Of a DNA stretch of 56,679 nucleotides, positions 27,723 through 48,324 are shown piece after piece (position 1 is the first letter of the stretch; the number at the start of each line of letters is the position of its first letter). The notes below the pieces were generated by a model. The model made no database searches, was not told the origin of the DNA, and was given only the letters and a program-made list of their open reading frames with translations. The translations under genes and the position numbers were made by a program. Origin of the DNA: Chromera velia (lineage: Eukaryota); the NCBI GenBank assembly GCA_018398765.1, contig JAHBMJ010000109.1, positions 1 through 56,679 on the forward strand, written 5' to 3'.

Positions 27723-30700
27723 ATGCACACTTTCACATTTTCGTCTGACGGCCTCCCCGGAGAGGATGCCGTTGACGGGCCACGTGGGATCCATGGAAGG
27801 GGCTGCGTTTTACCACATGTCTTCACATATCCCGAAGTGGGGTGCGTTGAGGAACCGGGAGGAGACGGCGGAGACGCCTCTGAGCCCACAAGGGGAACAG
27901 ACGCAGGCACCACCCTCTTGCAGCTGGAGTCTGCAGAGAGTGGGGGGCAGGTGCAGAAGGGGGAAGTGTACATGAGTGGAAAGACCTTTGACTGTGTGGG
28001 GACGCCCGTGGAATCCTGTGAGACGACTGTGAAGACGTCGGAGCTGGGGCAGACCCGTCTCTCTGCTGTGGGAGGAAAGGGGGGAGACGGAGGGAGAGGG
28101 GGAATGGGAGGTCCGTGAGTGCGTTAGATTTTTTTTGTTCTGTTTTGACACGTTGATTTGTCAGTTTACAGTGAGATCTGATTGATTGTTCAAGAAATTG
28201 CTTTGTGGCAGTGGTTGGATTCTCATGAAGTGTTTTTTCTTTCTTGACTCTCCCGTTCCCCTCCTCTTCCACTTCCTCTTTCGAGGGAATGTTGGAGCTT
28301 ATTCTCAGTACGATCAGTGCAGTCACGCAATTACTCGCTGATGAATGCATGCAGGTACCGGTGGCGAAGGACAAAAAGGGCCTCCTGGAGGATACGGCGG
28401 TTTCGGGGGGCGAGGGGGGAACGGAGGCCGAGGGACTTCCGGTGCAGATGGGGGGAGGGGAGGCAGGGTGGAGGTGCGGGTTCATGAGGGTGATGAGTAT
28501 CTGCTCATGTCCGTAGAGGGTCTGCAAGATGAATCGAAGGTCCTCAATATGGCGAGAGGGGGATATGGGGGACGTAGAGGAAGCCACGGTCAAGAGGGGA
28601 CGGGGGGCAAAGGGGGAGCGCCTGGAGACACCGTTAAAAGGAAAAAGTACGACCCTGCTACTAAAACGTGGTACTCGTATCTCAAGGAAAAAACGCCGGG
28701 ACAGGACGGGAAATGGGGCCGGTTCCATGCATCCCGCCTGACTGACGGGGGAGGGGGGACCACAGGCCAAGCGGAGATCCGTGTGCTTGGAGATAGATTG
28801 GGAATGCCGGCGAAGACATATGCGAGACGGTGGGTCCTTCAATTCATCTGTATCCTCTGTCTTTGTTTCTGTGAGGAAGGAATGAGAACAACAGAGTCTG
28901 TCTTCCATTCTGCCTTGCATGTCCCTTTTATCTTTCCTTTCTTTCTCCTTCTTTTCGTCCTTCTCATCATCCTTCAGACAGATATCTCGGTGCAGTTTTG
29001 ACCTCTTGTTGAAGGACTTCCAGTTCGACAAAGGGGATGCCAGACACTTAGAGGGCTTATTTTTCTTTGGAGATAGCGGCGTCGTAACGGGACTGGAGGT
29101 CGTCAATCAGGGGAGGATGCCCTCGCCTGCACAACAGAGGACCAGGTGGGTGGGTCGGAGCGGAGATGTCGTCTCTCTCAAGTCCTTTGCAGCGCATTAA
29201 ATGAAAAGGACTCGATCCCTCCGCCATTTCTTAAGGGCACTCCGAATACTCCCATGTTTTCGAAGACCTGTCACTTCGCCAGAGACGCGCATACATGAGG
29301 GTATCTGTCTCTTTGCGTGCCATTCTGTCTGTCTGCCTTCCTGTTCCTGTTTTGTCGTCGCTACAGAAAAAGGAAGGAAGACAACAGCCAATGCATACAG
29401 CCTGTCCGCCCGTCTGTTTGCAGACTCGCCCTGCAGGATTCCAAGTGGGTTATTGCAGACCCCCGAGATGAGATCTTTCTTGACTGCGCGGTGGATCCTG
29501 AAGGTAAGCCTGTACAGCTGGAGGGACAGCTGAGGTTCTCGCTCAAGTACCCTGACGACAGTGATACGATTGCGTGTCCCGACTTTGACCCTCTCCTGTG
29601 CTCCTTCACTCTGTCCCCCTTCGGGACCCAACTGGGGCACGAGACGGAGGAGGCCAAGGGACGAGACACCCTTTTCCAGAGACGGCATGAAAACGGCGAA
29701 TTGACACAGACAGGATTTGCGAGGTTTCCTTTGCAGAACCCGAAGAGGATTTTGGGCCTCCGTTCTTTGGCCCCTGCAGAGAAGTCCCAGATAGTTATTC
29801 CCTTGAGGAATCTCAGCAACGTCTGTTTGGGGTCTGAGGGGGGAGGAGGAAGACGAGTGGTGGTGGCAGTCAGCGTCGACCCAGGGTCAAAGGTCGGCCT
29901 TGTCTTTTAGATTGTGTTTTGTATTTGTGTGCTCACGTCAAGTGGTTGTTTAGTATTGCGAGATGCCTCTTTTGAGAGAAAGAGATGATGATCATGGGCA
30001 CGCCAGAGTGAAATTATTCCCACAAGAAGAGGTTTTGGTACGGGTTTCTTTCATTCTTCGTTTTGTTCCTTTCTGTGCTGGTCTAGGTTCTCGTCTCGTT
30101 CTTCCCTCTGTCGGTATATCTGTCTCTCGGTCTATCTGCCCAAGTCTCTGCGCGATTTGATTCCTGTTTATCGTTCGGCCCAAATTGGACCCTGCAGATC
30201 CGAGGCGACCAGATAGAAATCGAGGGACCTGACTTCTCCGTGCACACCCTCGAGGGCACAAGCGGCATCCCGGCAGGGGAAAAGAGACGGACAGTGCATC
30301 TACATCCACAACCGGGTGAAGGGACGGAGGGTGAGGGTGAGGGTGAGGAGGGACAGCTGTTCGAGCTGCCCGGATATGCGGTGGAGGTCCCCTTGTTGCC
30401 TCCAAAGGGAGAGGTGGGTCGGGACATTCATGCTTTCCGTCTACGCATGCATGTTTTTTCATGGTGCAGATGTCCGATTCAGGTTTGCTTCTTTTTCTTT
30501 GCCTTACTTCGCCTTCTGCCTCTCGATCGCATGAAGGAACAGGTCCGAGCTTCTATGGACCCCCTTGTGGCTTCCTTTCCGCAGCGTCCGTCCAGCGTCT
30601 TTTTCTTTCCATTCACTTCATTGGTACTTCCCCTCAGCATTCTGTTGAGCGTTTGTTCAGCTCCCTCTCTGCCTGTCTTCCCGCAGACCCCCGTGGAATT

Positions 30701-33700
30701 CCGTGTGCGGCTCCGAGAGGACGTCTCTCCGATGAGCTCTCTGAAGCTGCTCTTCTGGATCGCCTTGGGGGAAGACGTGCAAGGGGAACAGCTAGGGCTC
30801 TCTTCTCAGGGTCGTGCAGAGACGGTTGGTCGGTCGGGAGGGCGGGTGGTAGGCTAGGCAGGGATATATGGTATGGTGGTGCATCTGACCATTGAATGCA
30901 TGTGCGCATACGCGTTTTAACATGAGGCCACTGCTCAAACGTATTTGCTGTCTCTGACGGCCTGCAGGTCCATGACTGTCACGGCAGAGCCCGCGTTCGT
31001 CCCTGTGGCAGGCGCAGAGGTGGTGATGGTGACGACAGACAGGGTCGCGAAGTCCCGATACGATCGGTGGAGGAGGGTCTTTGAGGAGCTCAGGATCCAG
31101 TTCGAGACCTTTTCCTTGACTCGGTCGGTCTGTCGGTCTGAGAGTCACGCACGCAGAGAGGAGGGGGACAAAGGGGGGAAGGAGACGAGAAGAAACAGCC
31201 AGTCTGTCAGTGTGGATGCAAAGAAGGAGACAGACAGACAGACAGACAGACAGACAGGCAGGCAGGCAGACAGGCAGCCAGACGGAATGGCAATTCTCGT
31301 TGGATCAGTCCCAAGCGGTTCCTTTCCACAAAATGAGGACGAATGTATTGAGGAAATGAAACATGCCTCGCTTGCGTTCTTCTGCCAGCACATCCTCCTT
31401 GTGTGTCTGTCTATCTGTCTGTCTGTCTGTCTGTGTGTGTCTGTCTGTGTGTGTCTGTCTGTGTGTCCCCTTTCGTCTCTGCAGGTACGCCCACCCGGGT
31501 CCTTCTCTCCCTGTGTTGGCAGACGGCGGGCGTCCCCTGCCCCTGATGGAGCACTTTGAGGGGAAGACGGTGGTCGTGTTCAACGAGCAATTCGACCTCG
31601 CGGCACACACAGGGGACTCCACACGGGCAGACTGGAGGTAGGGGCGGCGTCAGTTTGTTGAAGTGTTTTTTTTTGTCGTCGATTCACCTTCCACCTGTAG
31701 GAAATCTACAAAGGTTTCGCGTGTCCGTTCTTTTGTCGCATCTATAGACATCCTTCGCTCTTTCTGTTCTTCTGCTCCTCATCGAGGACGAGGTGGTTCT
31801 CGGTGCGAGACACGAGTAATAAAAGAAGTGCACAACTACACTGTCAGTTCCGGATATCCCCCCCGCCCCCCTCTCCTTCCTTCCTGTATGCAGACACGCC
31901 ACCGAGCTCCTGTCTCCCCTCTTCACCCGTCTCCCGATGGACCCTAACAAGAGAACCCGCTTCCTCATCCTCGAACCCTCCCCTGACTCCCCAGTCTCTA
32001 CCCGGGGGAGCCATCGCTCTGAATCACAGACGGGGTCCACGGGGGGCGCTTTCTCAGGCCCCTCTCTCCGCCAGCTGGTGGAGCTCCGAGTCTCTCAGCC
32101 CCTTGCGAAGGAGCAGAGACTTGCGGGGGAAAGCTACACCTCAGAGAGAGACTTCAACCGAAGAGGCCTCAGAGAGGGTCTCGCATCCCCCCACAGGGTG
32201 AAGGCAGATGCTATGCAAATTCTGCCAGACCTGCTCAAAGAAAATGCAGCAGGCATCGCGGACCGAATTCAAGGGGAAGATCGTGACACCAACCCGCAAG
32301 CAGATGCTGTGTAGCTGTGCCGCGTGTGATGCGACCTACAGCTGCCGGCGACAGTTTCCTGGACAGAGCCTTCAAACAAAATGCACAGAGAGACCCTGCA
32401 CTTGCAGTCTTTGACACTGTGCAAGTGCACCGCCGCGCTCCCATTGGGTGTGCTGACAAGTGTGGCGGCCATCCTGTGGACGGGCCTGCGTTGAGAAACG
32501 CAGGAGACAGAATTGTCCAGAGGCTCAGCAGCGTCTTCTCTGTCGTGCCCCTCCCTTCTATTGACCGTTCCCTTCCCAACGGCTCCTTTTGCTGTTGTCC
32601 CCGCTGGATGGTGGGGGAGCTGCAGGTGGCGGGTGTGCGGGATGTGCGCGTGAGGTCCTGCACCGCCGTGCACTCCTTCGGCCTCTCTGCAGCCCCAAAC
32701 GCTGTTGAGGTAAAGCAAGCCGACTTGTTCGCCTTTGCGCTCACTCTCCCTTTCCCCCGTCTCCTGGATGTCCTTGCCGCAGCGCTTTCCCGCAGCGCCT
32801 GCGTTGGTTCTGGAAGCATCTCTCAGCGCACCGTCGAGGCAATCATCGCTGCCATTGCGTCCTGTATCGGGGGGGAGGTGGAGGAGGCAACCATGATTGT
32901 GAAAACCAAAACAGAAAAAGAGGTGAAAGTACAGGCAGAAGCGGACTCCGAGACGGAATCAGAGTTGTTCCCTTTTTTGAACGCCCTCCTGCAGGCTCAC
33001 CAGATCCACACTGCCACTCCCTGCACCAGCGCACACGCTTCCCGTCTGATGCTGCAACTGCCCGCCTGTCTCGTTGCCCTTTCAGAGAGCCTGAAGACTC
33101 GCTTCAGCAGAAAACTTGGGCTGGTGTCCCGGAAAGTGCGTGTGAGTGCAGAGTCTCTGATGAGGCTCTGGATTCTGCAGCCAGTGCAGGGGAAGGAAGC
33201 GACGGGGGGACCTTCCTTCTCCTCCTCCCCTTCTCTTTCTTTCGAAGAGGTCTTAAAGGAGACCCCCCAGCTGCGGGATGTCTTCTCAAGTGTGCAGGAG
33301 GGTGCGCAGGCCGTCAAGAGAGAAGTCAAGAAACGCAAGTCGGTCACTCAAGGCTGTCCCTCAACCTGCTTGTCCCTCTGCTTGTGTGTTATCGATTGGG
33401 CACGCAGGCCACCTCTGCATTTGCTGTGAGAGCCGGCGGTTGGCGCAATTGGAGAAAACAATTATCAGAAATAGGGAGCGGGCATCGGAGCGAAGGAAGG
33501 AAAAAAGGAAGAAGGAAAAGATGAACGGATCAATAAATATATTGAAACTACAGAAATTGACTGCCAACCCCCACGTGCGTCATCTCGCATGAGGAAAAAT
33601 AGCATGACTTTAGAACTCTGGGTATCCTTTTTTTTATTTCTCTCCTCCCCTTTCCCTTCCTTTCCCTTTACTTCTCCCCCCAAACACCCCTGAGTCAGAC

Positions 33701-34181
33701 TCCCATCATCTGTATGCACGCATGCATGCATGCATGCAGGCACATGGACCTTCCCTTTTTGAAGATGAAGGCCCGACCCTTGCAACCAAACCCCGCACAG
33801 ACCTCAGAAGCTGCCCTCTTCGACTTCTTCCGCCGAACCCCCCTATCCGAGTGTGCCTACCCCCTCGTGGCCAGAGACGGGGAGGCAGCCCGCCGTCTCC
33901 ATAGGGAGAGGGCGAGAGGTCTGTCATGGGTGGAGGGCATCGAAAAAGAGCAGAAGAGGACAGAGAAGGCGAAACAGTTCTTCAAAGATGCCGTGCAGGT
34001 ACAGGCAGACTTCCCGAAAGAGGGCAGCAACCGATTCGCAGCAGACCCAACGGAGCACCCCGAGGAGTTGCCCTCCCACTCCGACACCGAGGAGGAGCGA
34101 GACAGAGAGAGAGAGGGCAATGAGGGGGGGGGGCTCGGGGGCAGTCTGGGACTTGGCGGGGTGGAAGTGAGACAGGCTTAG
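27723..34181 (+). CDS. Large multi-exon protein of unknown function with a Gly-rich (GGxGGxGG) N-terminus
   Basis: Exon 1 reads MHTFTFSSDG..GGKGGDGGRGGMGG (27723-~28114). Exon 2 reads GGRGGNGGRGTSGADGGRGGRVEVRVHEGDEYLL (~28355-28829). These are followed by FDLLLKDFQFD..LEVVNQGRMPSP (~28996-29145) and exons near 29390-29892, 30198-30414, 30687-30825, 30969-31123, 31484-31638, 31893-33350 and 33740-34181. The internal structure is only partly resolved. Confidence 0.7.
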
Positions 34182-36149
34182 GGATCGATACATAGAGAGA
34201 AGAGAGATCATGTGCGCATGTTGGAGCAAGTGAGATGGTTCGGTTTGTTGTTGTTTGGTGAGGGGATCCGAGGACGTAAAAACGTGATACGTGCGGGGCC
34301 GCTGATGAAAAGGAATGATCGTCTTTGTATTCAGACTCCATGTTTGGTGTGTATGTATGGAGGTGTATGTGCCGATGTCAGTGAGATAGTCGACGCTCCC
34401 CTGGCGGCAGGATGTTGATGCAATTTCGATGGGGTTTTGTCTGTCTGGTAGCCTGCCTGCCAGTCTGCCAGGGAAGTGTGCAATCTGCTTATCGCGAGAT
34501 CTGCCTGAAGAAAGAGAATTTGTGCCTTAATATGGTTATCGGAAAAACCAGAAAAGAAGACACACAGTCAGACCCCATGCATGGTCGTATTGTCCTCATT
34601 AACAGAATAGGCGTTTTGTTCTTTTGTCTCTCGTTCTTTCTTTCTTACCTTTGCCGTTGAAAGTCAGAAAGGAAACACAGAAAAAAGAATGCTGCAATTT
34701 GTCTATATCCCTGTGCGTATGTCACAAAGGCCAAAAGAAATGAAGACCAAGGTTTCTCCTCTCTCGCTCATTGAGGAAGCAGTCCACACGAGCATGTTGC
34801 CTCCACCCCGATTAAAGTCGCAGGGAGCTAAGCCGGACGGTGCAGTTATTTTATTTATTGGTGAGGGATGCATCGATTGTTGCTTTGTTTGACACGATTG
34901 GTCATGATTCATCCAAGCACACGTGGCCGGGAGGGAGGGAGGGAATCGGGTCTTTAAGGGGGGCACCTGCCTGCATCTGCTATCTCTGTGTCTCTATCTT
35001 CATCCTTCTATTTTCGTGCTTGTAGTGCGATTTTGGACATGTCTCTGTCCGAATGTCTTCAAGCTCTTCTTCCTAAAGTGCATAGTGATTCTTGTCCTGG
35101 TTACATGAGTTTTTAATTAAGGGTGAAGTTTGCGTCAATTGCTGTCCATGCAGCGTGGAATCCTCTATTCAATTGAAGTTCATTTCTCAGTTTAGACTAA
35201 CTCTCCCAACGGGATAGAGAGACTGCACAGAGAGAGATGAGGAGAGGGTGATGCATGGACAAAGTGGACGACTGTCATAGGCTTCCTTTTCTTCTTTCAT
35301 CTTTTGGACTGACTTTCTTGCCTGCATCAGATCGAGGCTGCATGAGGTCCATGACGAAAAAGGAAAATGATGTGACGCTCGGATTTCAGTCCGATCGTCT
35401 GTACGTTTGGGTGCTGTGGGAGCAGCTGACCTTGAACTCAGGCTTGAAGCTAGCTGCCTAGCTTATTGAGCTTACATGACAATGCATGTGTTCGTTTTAC
35501 TGTAGAATTCGCTCCTAGATTCGCTCACCATATCATTTTAACCCCAGTTTTGACCTTTAGTAACTTTTTGGCAAAAGTTTTTTAGTAACTTTTAGAGTCT
35601 TAACGTGTGTTTCAAATATTATTTTTGTTTTACTACTACTAATTACTACTAACTAATTCTCTATATGTGATGCATATAGCAGTCAGAATAAGATACGTAA
35701 TCATACGTTAAGTTTTTTTCAATATTTTTTTGTTATATAATACTCAATTATACTTTAATTATAAGGTTATAAAAGCTAGCATAAAAGCTTTTAAGCCGTT
35801 TGGGCTAATAGATTGGGCCTAACCGTAAATCAGGCCTAACTGTCTAACTAACCGTAGATCAGGCCTAACCTAAGCCGTAAATTACGACTATCGTTATGTT
35901 ATGCTAGACTCTCCATACGTAAAAGAATAAAAAAGTAAATTGCTTAAAATCATTTTTACTTTTTATTTTTTTATTTATTTTTTTGAAGTAAGTGATAAGT
36001 GATAAGTAATTTAGTGGTGCCCTAGAGCACTGTCGCCGTTTTGTCTTATAGAGATCGCCCCTGCAAACAGCAGGGGGGTGTACTTCATCGCTGAGGCTCA
36101 GACCACACCCCGTGGCCCGCCTGGTTTCCCAGGCCACTAACAAACAACA

Positions 36150-39100
36150 ATCTGTCTGCGCTTTACATGCTTTGGTCTATGGGCTGCTTAGAAGGGACTG
36201 CTCTACAAATCAATCCAATGATATAAGACGAAAGGACACTTTGGTTTCGTGTACGCCCTCTCTCCATTCTTCTCTCAACGATTTCTCCTTCTCCCTCCGT
36301 TAGTTGTCTTCCTGCTTCCATTGCTTCTAGGATAGTCTTGTATTCTTCTTTTCTTTTTTCTATTCCTCCCTTTCTTTTTGTGATCACTGGCACTCCCGGG
36401 ACCGTGTCTTTGTACCAGCACTGTTTTATCTAATGGGCTTCTAGGTACGTACCTTCCTGGGCTTTCTTTGAACACTCTTCTTCTGAATGCCACCCTCCCT
36501 AGAAACTCATCCACCGCACTATGCCCTTCGTTCATCAAGAATTTGAACAGAGCTTCAGTGTGCAGTCTTCTTCTTTGTCCTTCTCTTTTCTCTCTGCAGA
36601 CTTCTCTTGCCTTCTTTTCTCTTCCCTCGTTCCAGTCCACTCCTAATATTCTATACATGTCCGCTCTTTCTCTATCATAAATCGGACACTCAATCAGCAT
36701 ATAGATCTTGTCCTCCAACACTTCTGTTTCCATCTATCCTTTGCAAAAAGGGCAGAGTCTCTCCTCCAACGGCACTCTCTGCCCCCTTCTTTCTGGCACT
36801 CTTCCTTTTATTCCCGCTAACGTTTTGTCTCCTGCTCTGCAGGCTGCTCTCCTTCTGTGTTCTCCTCTTGGTGCTACCCTTCCATAACAAAAGGGCACCC
36901 ATCTCAGTTTTTCTTTTTCTATTTTCATTCCCTCTTTTGGTCTTTCTTCTGATGCCTTTTCAAACAAAATGAGCTGCAATCTGTTTCCGTTTGCTTTTGT
37001 TCGGTGTATGTGTGCTATATGGATTTTTTTTCTTTTTTCTCTCTCTCTTCTATCTCTCTCTCTCACTCCCCTCTCACGCCCTCTCAATTCTCCATCTGAA
37101 GATTTCTTTCTTCTTCTCTTTTATCTCTTTATCTGTCTTGTTTACAATCCATCTCTCCATTCTATCTACTCTTTCATTCACTGCGTGTGTCTTTATCTCT
37201 CCTGGCTGGCCTGCGAGCTTCTCTTTTAAAAAGGGATAAAAGCCTCTCTCTGTGAATAGGGTCTGTGTGCATTTTTTCAACTGCAAAAAGAAGTGAAAAG
37301 GATCCAACTCTGTTCTTCTTCCCCTCTTCAGTTCATCCTCCACTCCTCTTCTCAAGCAATGAATGACAGTCTACCTAATCATGTGCTTCCTCTTTTCTTT
37401 CAGTGCCTTTCATACCCATCTGATCGTCCTCTCTACCTCTTCAATGTCAATTGGAAATATCCCCCCCTCCATCAATGTAGTGTCTGTGCTTTCTGTCTTT
37501 CTTAGACTCAAGACCCACCTCATAAAGCGTCTTTGTTTTTTGTTGAATTCTGCACAGGCCTTGTCTGTACATGGGTGTATTTTATATCCATACATCCCCA
37601 CTGCATGCACCGTTTGATTAAACAAATGAAAACATTCTATAGGCGGCATGGCTGGCTCTCTGGCTAACTTTCCTATCAATGTTAAGCAGGACCTTACATG
37701 CATCTCTCTGCTCTCACTCTAGGCTCTCACTGCTCTGTCTACCTGGTCTATCATTACGTCGAGGTCGCAGTTTGAGGGAAGAACCAGACCTAAAAATGGC
37801 TGTGCTTTCAGAATCTCTTTTTTCAGTACCATGCTGCTTATTCTGATCTCTTCTGTCTGCCTTAAGTTTGTCTTCCAAACCTCAGTACTCTCGATTTGTC
37901 AGAAAAGAGGAGACGGAGCGGTTCTGCATACTTTCTCAATCCCTCCAGCAGTTTATTCAATTCTCTGTCTGTTACATCGAACAAAGTCCTATCATCTGCA
38001 AATAATATGGAAAAAAAATCCATCCACCTCCCATATCCTCTCCGACCGGTACTTTCGGTCTTTCTCCCTGTTCTCCTAGTATTCTCCTTCTTCCAGCCCT
38101 CCTTTCCTTTCTTACTCTCTCTGACAGGTCGTGTACGTATCCTTTGAAGAAAGTTGGCCCACTGAACCCCCCTTGTTTCGTCCCTATCTGCTCTGGATAC
38201 CACTTTCTTGTCCCTTTCACTCTTCAAGTTGCTCTTACTTTCTCGAACGATGCCAGGGCCCATCGGATTAACTCTTCTGAAACCCCTGCCTCTCTTAGTT
38301 GCTGCTCAAGCTTGCTATACCTAACTTCATCAAAAGCTCAAGTAAAATCAACGAGGGCCACAATCACAGAGAGATGGTCGGCAATCATAAACAAAAGAAG
38401 AAAGATGGTATCACATGTTCCTGCTTTCTTTCTGTATGCAAACTGCCATGGGTTCTGCCTTGCTTCTCTATCTACATTATTCCTAAGAATCGTGTCCCCC
38501 CATTTTGCGTCTGCACATGCAAGGTGTTTTGTTCCTCCTGTCCGGCCACCTTATATCGCCCAGATAGAAGGTAAAGCGAGGACAAGAACCCTGGGGAAGA
38601 TCTAGAGAAGGAACGTGAGCAACACTAACTGAAGTAACACCTTTACTACAGGTCTCAATCCTACTTTGACTCTAATCTAAGACTAAGAGGTTCTATCGAG
38701 CTTTGTCTTCAGACTTCAGAATCTTCCGACTCCATATGAATCCGGCTCTATAGATTTAACTAGAGACTCAATGACTTTGGCTGACTTTACCTCAAACCCT
38801 GCCGTAGGATGTTGCTTAGACAATATGTTGCTAAAGAGGCTAAACGTAGACTTGCATATATACGCAAAGCTTCGCGTGCGATACGTACAGGCAGACTGTG
38901 TATACGTGCGGTGGCGGGGCATGACATCGGCACGCGGGCTCATTCAGATACAGCGCATGCGAGGGTCCAGAAGGCGGCACCACAGAGTAGGACTCCACAA
39001 AGGTACACGTTTCTCCATCCCCCTATCACTGCCTATGACTTGCCAGGCTTCGCCAATGCCATCACTGGACCCCCCCCCGGGTAAATCATTCCATCCCAGG

Positions 39101-40103
39101 CCTCTGGCCACCACGCACAGATGCATTGATTAAATCAGCATATATATTCACCATCACTTGAGATTTTTCATACAACCTGAGCAGACCCGGAGGCATTCCA
39201 TCCTTTCCAGCAGCCTTCTTAGGATTCCCTGCTTTTTTCATTGCCTCCCTTACTTCCTTTTTGGTAGCTATCTTCATGTTCTTTTCTCTTACTGCTGTGC
39301 ATCTTTTACATTCTTGTTTCTTTTCTGTTTCCACTTCATCGTCTGGGAGCTTTATCTGTTTTTCCCATCCTTTTGCAACTTGTTCTATTGTGAGACTGTC
39401 CTTCATCCTCCTCGGTTCTCTCTTCTTATCTTCTGTTCCTAGTCTCCTCTAGACCCTCCAGCATCCTCCTTCTTCTATTTCCTTCCTTATTCTTTGCACC
39501 TTTCTCATTGTTTCTTTGGATGCTTCTCTTTTCCCAATCCTGATCCTCTCTCTCTCTACCTCTTCTAGTTGTTTTCTTCTCTCTTCGTATTCTCTCTGTC
39601 ATCTCTCTTCTTGCCCTCTTTCTGTCTACTCGTCTTTCTTTTGTTTCAAGTTTTTCATTCTCCTTCTGATTTTTCTTTAATTTGAGTGCTCTTATTCTTC
39701 TTTGCTCTGCCTTTCCTATTCTCACTGACTCATCAGCTTCTAAGGCTTCTCCGTTCCCTTTTCTTTCCCTCTTCTTTTGTTTCCTCTCCTGTATATTTCC
39801 TCTCTTACTTATCTCATTTTCTTGTATTCGCTTTCTAATGCTTCTTTCTCTATGGTTTCTCCCTTCTTCCTACCATTTGCTTCTCGGAATACCTCCACTA
39901 TCTTCTTTATGGTGAATCTCTTGTCCAATTCTTTTATGAATTCTCTTTTCATTTTTCATGTGAAAGTCTCTTTCCATCTGGGTCTTATTCTCTCATTTTT
40001 TTTTTCTGTTTCTTTGAAGATTAGTCTTTTCCCTCCTTTTTTCTCTTTTTGTCCTGTCTTTTTGAAGGACACACTTCAAGTTCGGAGCTTAAAGCTAAGC
40101 TGA
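36150..40103 (-). mobile_element. Degenerate non-LTR retrotransposon (LINE-like ORF2: reverse transcriptase + C-terminal CCHC), apparently 5'-truncated
   Basis: Minus-strand motifs: EVREAMKK..KAAGKDGMP (RT domain 0, ~39200-39260), QFAYRKKAG..VALVDFT*AFD (~38330-38445), GTKQGGFSGP (~38155-38185), LFADD (38002-37991), PFLGL (~37790), and ERLCPFC..EDKIYMLIECPIY (~36680-36760). Multiple stops and frameshifts. No endonuclease recognised. Ends approximate. Confidence 0.85.
38565..39082. mobile_element. ~500-bp non-RT insertion nested in the LINE RT (possible solo LTR or other repeat)
   Basis: RT coding continuity and the strong purine strand bias are interrupted between RT domain 0 and domain 2. 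A G8 tract lies at one end (39070-39077 on the - strand). Confidence 0.5.
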
Positions 40104-41293
40104 CATAGTGACACATAAAAATATAAAAAACTAATTCAGGTTTTGGCCCAAAATTATTTATTTATTTTTTTATGTATAGGGAGCCTTTTTTCGTTTTTGA
40201 ATGGGAAAACGTTCAGGAGCCTAGTTGCTATGCTATGCCATGTTATATTAAACCGTAGATCGCGTCCTAGCTCGCATCTAACGGTGGCCCTAACCTAAAA
40301 GCCTAGCTAAAAGCAAACCTAGACATAAACTGCTGGTTTCAAAGTTGTTTTTAACATATATGCATCTAAGAAAATATGTATATGGAAACAATTATTTAAA
40401 GAAAAAAAAAGGCGGTTTTCAAGATTTTTTTCTTAATTTTAATTATTGTGCGTCGCCCTAGGCGTCGCCTGGCATGACTGATCGATTAGCATCACTCTTG
40501 ACCTCTAGCTTGACCTATAGGTAAATAGTGATCGGTTGTGGGGAGGGGGTATGGGGTTAGTAACCTGGTGTGACCTCGTGAAGTGCCCCCCCCTTGACGG
40601 AAGGTAGACAGCCAAAGAAACACGAAGTCACTCTCCAACAGCATACCCTCCCCACCCCCCACCCCCCCTGCATGTCATAGAAGACCCCCCCATGTGACCC
40701 TACAGTGCCAGCCAGCTCTTCACTGCCCAAAAACGCAAAAGGCAAAAACGCAACAAAGCACGCGAAATGAAAGGAAGACAGACGATTGAGAGAGATTAAT
40801 GGATGGATGACGCACGAGACCAACGAAGATTCAAAGAAAGCAAAAGCACTAGCTGAGGAGAAAGACTGAGGGGAGCTGAGAGAGAGTCACGCGGGGACGT
40901 GTAGGGGAAAGAAAGCGGTTGATAGAGACTACTTTCCATGTTGGGGAGACGACTCACATGGAACGAAAAAAAAGGAAGAAGAAGGTTGACTCGGAAGCGC
41001 GCCTATTCCCTTCCTTCTTCATCCAGTCTCTTCACCTCAGCTTCCTTTCTTCCCCTTTTGCGTTACCTTCCCTGCCCCGCTTCCCCCTGGATGGCCAAAG
41101 CGAAACAGAACAAACCAAAACAGTCCCACTGCACGAGGAGAAAGACAAGGAAAGTAAGAACACTCTCCCCCTCCCCCCCGCAACCCAGATTTCGTCTCTC
41201 GCTCGCCCATCTTCAGTTCTCTGTCGTCTCTCGATCGAAAGTCAATCGTTTGAACGTCTCCCTTCCCTTCCCGTCTCCTCTTCGTCTAGACCC

Positions 41294-48324
<7,031 letters not shown>

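Noticed and set aside
32312..32317. In-frame TAG suggesting readthrough or recoding
   Set aside because: The downstream ORF is in another frame. An unresolved intron is the simpler explanation.
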